DNA of 64,000 nucleotides from Candidatus Buchananbacteria bacterium. Its GTDB lineage: Bacteria > Patescibacteriota > Patescibacteriia > Buchananbacterales > UBA6539. The notes under the pieces are model-generated. The model searched no databases, was not told the DNA's origin, and saw nothing but the letters and a program-made list of their open reading frames with translations. The stretch spans positions 344 to 64,343 of the forward strand of contig JBAYLH010000005.1 in assembly GCA_041664165.1 (NCBI GenBank). The letters are read 5' to 3'. The translations under genes and the position numbers were made by a program. Positions 63,112 through 64,000 of this stretch are shown here, piece after piece; positions within the stretch are counted from its first letter, which is position 1, and every line of letters begins with the position of its first letter.

Positions 63112-63629
63112 CGAATTAAGCTTATTTCTAATGACTTGATTATTAATTCACCCGGAATATTGGGATCAATTTGAGAACTGGAAATTAAAAACCGCCGGAC
63201 ATTTTTTTGCTGATAAATTTTGGCGGCGGAAAAATCAAAAATCGCTTCCTGCCAGTTTCCAGACACGTCCGTAATTAAAAGCGGTTTTTTTAAATCATAC
63301 TGAAAACCCGGTCCGGTTTGGCCGCCGATGCCGTCAAGTTTCCGGCCGGCTGGCCGAAAAATTAACTTGATTCTGATCTTTTCAAACCAGGGCAGCGAGC
63401 GCAAATCAAAATAAACCTGATTGTCTAAAACAATTTGGTAATCTTTGACTAGTTTAATCCGCGGATCAGGACCTAAACGCGAAAGCATCGGCAAATCTTT
63501 GCCGGGCTGGCCGGTAATTTCTAATTGGCCGGATAACGGAAAATTTTTGTTAACCAGCCAAAGCAATAAACCAATGAAAAAAACAACCAGGATAAAACTG
63601 ATAATTTTTGGCCAAAAAAATCTTTTCAT
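63108..63629 (-). CDS. membrane-anchored hypothetical protein
   Basis: N-terminal TM anchor; no family recognised. Confidence 0.35.
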   Translation of the reverse strand: MKRFFWPKIISFILVVFFIGLLLWLVNKNFPLSGQLEITGQPGKDLPMLSRLGPDPRIKLVKDYQIVLDNQVYFDLRSLPWFEKIRIKLIFRPAGRKLDGIGGQTGPGFQYDLKKPLLITDVSGNWQEAIFDFSAAKIYQQKNVRRFLISSSQIDPNIPGELIIKSLEISLIR

Positions 63630-63631
63630 AA

Positions 63632-63982
63632 TTAAAGCTGGCTAAATTTAACCTGGTATAAAATTTCCGCCCCAATTTCTTTGACTGGCTCTAATTTTAA
63701 GCCATTAGTAAACTCCAAAATCGGCTCCTGCCCCAAAGCATAATAATAAACCGGCGCGATTTTTACCAAGCCGGGCAAAGTATCGGTTAATTCTTGGTTT
63801 AGCGACAAGGCATCAAAAGTATGAATGACTTTTCGCTCCGGAAAAAATACTTTATCTTTGCGCACCGTAACAATGACTGAATCGGTCGGCGTCAGCTTCA
63901 TCACTTCCAAAGCATTCAGCTTGTAAGCTAAAATCCGCTCGCGAACTGGCAAAATACTGTCGGGCTTGTCTTTTAAAACCAA
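63632..63982 (-). CDS. hypothetical protein
   Basis: 116-aa ORF immediately upstream of, and co-directional with, the previous two genes. Confidence 0.3.
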   Translation of the reverse strand: MVLKDKPDSILPVRERILAYKLNALEVMKLTPTDSVIVTVRKDKVFFPERKVIHTFDALSLNQELTDTLPGLVKIAPVYYYALGQEPILEFTNGLKLEPVKEIGAEILYQVKFSQL

Positions 63983-64000
63983 ATTGGCCGACTGATAAAA

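Noticed and set aside
1-64000. Searched for rRNA, tRNA, an RNase P-like AGGAAAGTCC box and CRISPR repeats
   Set aside because: None was recognisable by eye. The absence of tRNA genes cannot be excluded without a covariance-model scan with tRNAscan-SE or Infernal.

Overview
This 64-kb window looks like a chromosomal segment of a low-GC, gene-dense bacterium with a Shine-Dalgarno-poor translation style. The gene content is consistent with a reduced-genome Patescibacteria/CPR-like lineage; that assignment is inference only. Almost every gene can be placed. Confidently recognised genes, in window order:
- secA
- a division/cell-wall (dcw) cluster: murB, murC, murG, ftsW, murD, mraY; murA lies elsewhere in the window
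- a type IV pilus locus: pilB, pilC, a FimU/PilV/PilW/PilX-like minor-pilin set, pilM, pilN, pilO
- an iron-sulfur cluster operon: iscR, iscU, nfu, iscS
- rpmA (L27), rplI (L9), pyrG
- rmlA, rmlD, rmlB, rmlC for dTDP-rhamnose synthesis
- glpX next to a LacD-like class I aldolase
- a tail-specific protease

The most unusual region is 37.8-52.8 kb. It carries a free-standing PEP-utilizer ATP-binding domain gene (PPDK_N-like). It also carries six tandem paralogs built as a divergent ~350-aa N-terminal domain plus a conserved C-terminal phospho-histidine swivel domain. This is the domain content of a rifampicin-phosphotransferase-like or PEP-synthase-like enzyme, split and multiplied. The array is interrupted by an IS200-like REP-associated tyrosine transposase, flanking hairpin repeats and truncated gene-tail remnants.

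Other notable features:
- three GC-richer insertions whose genes carry strong Shine-Dalgarno sites, in a genome that otherwise lacks them: a dual-receiver orphan response regulator preceded by two tandem structured elements upstream of secA; an antisense ORF cassette flanked by a 32-bp direct repeat between ftsW and murG; and a small gene with its own promoter and terminator near rpmA
- HicAB-like and HEPN/MNT-like toxin-antitoxin pairs
- in-frame microsatellite expansions inside murD
- several GC-rich hairpin clusters that are candidates for structured RNAs

No rRNA, tRNA or CRISPR array was found. All calls rest on reading the sequence and recalling protein families; no database searches were run.
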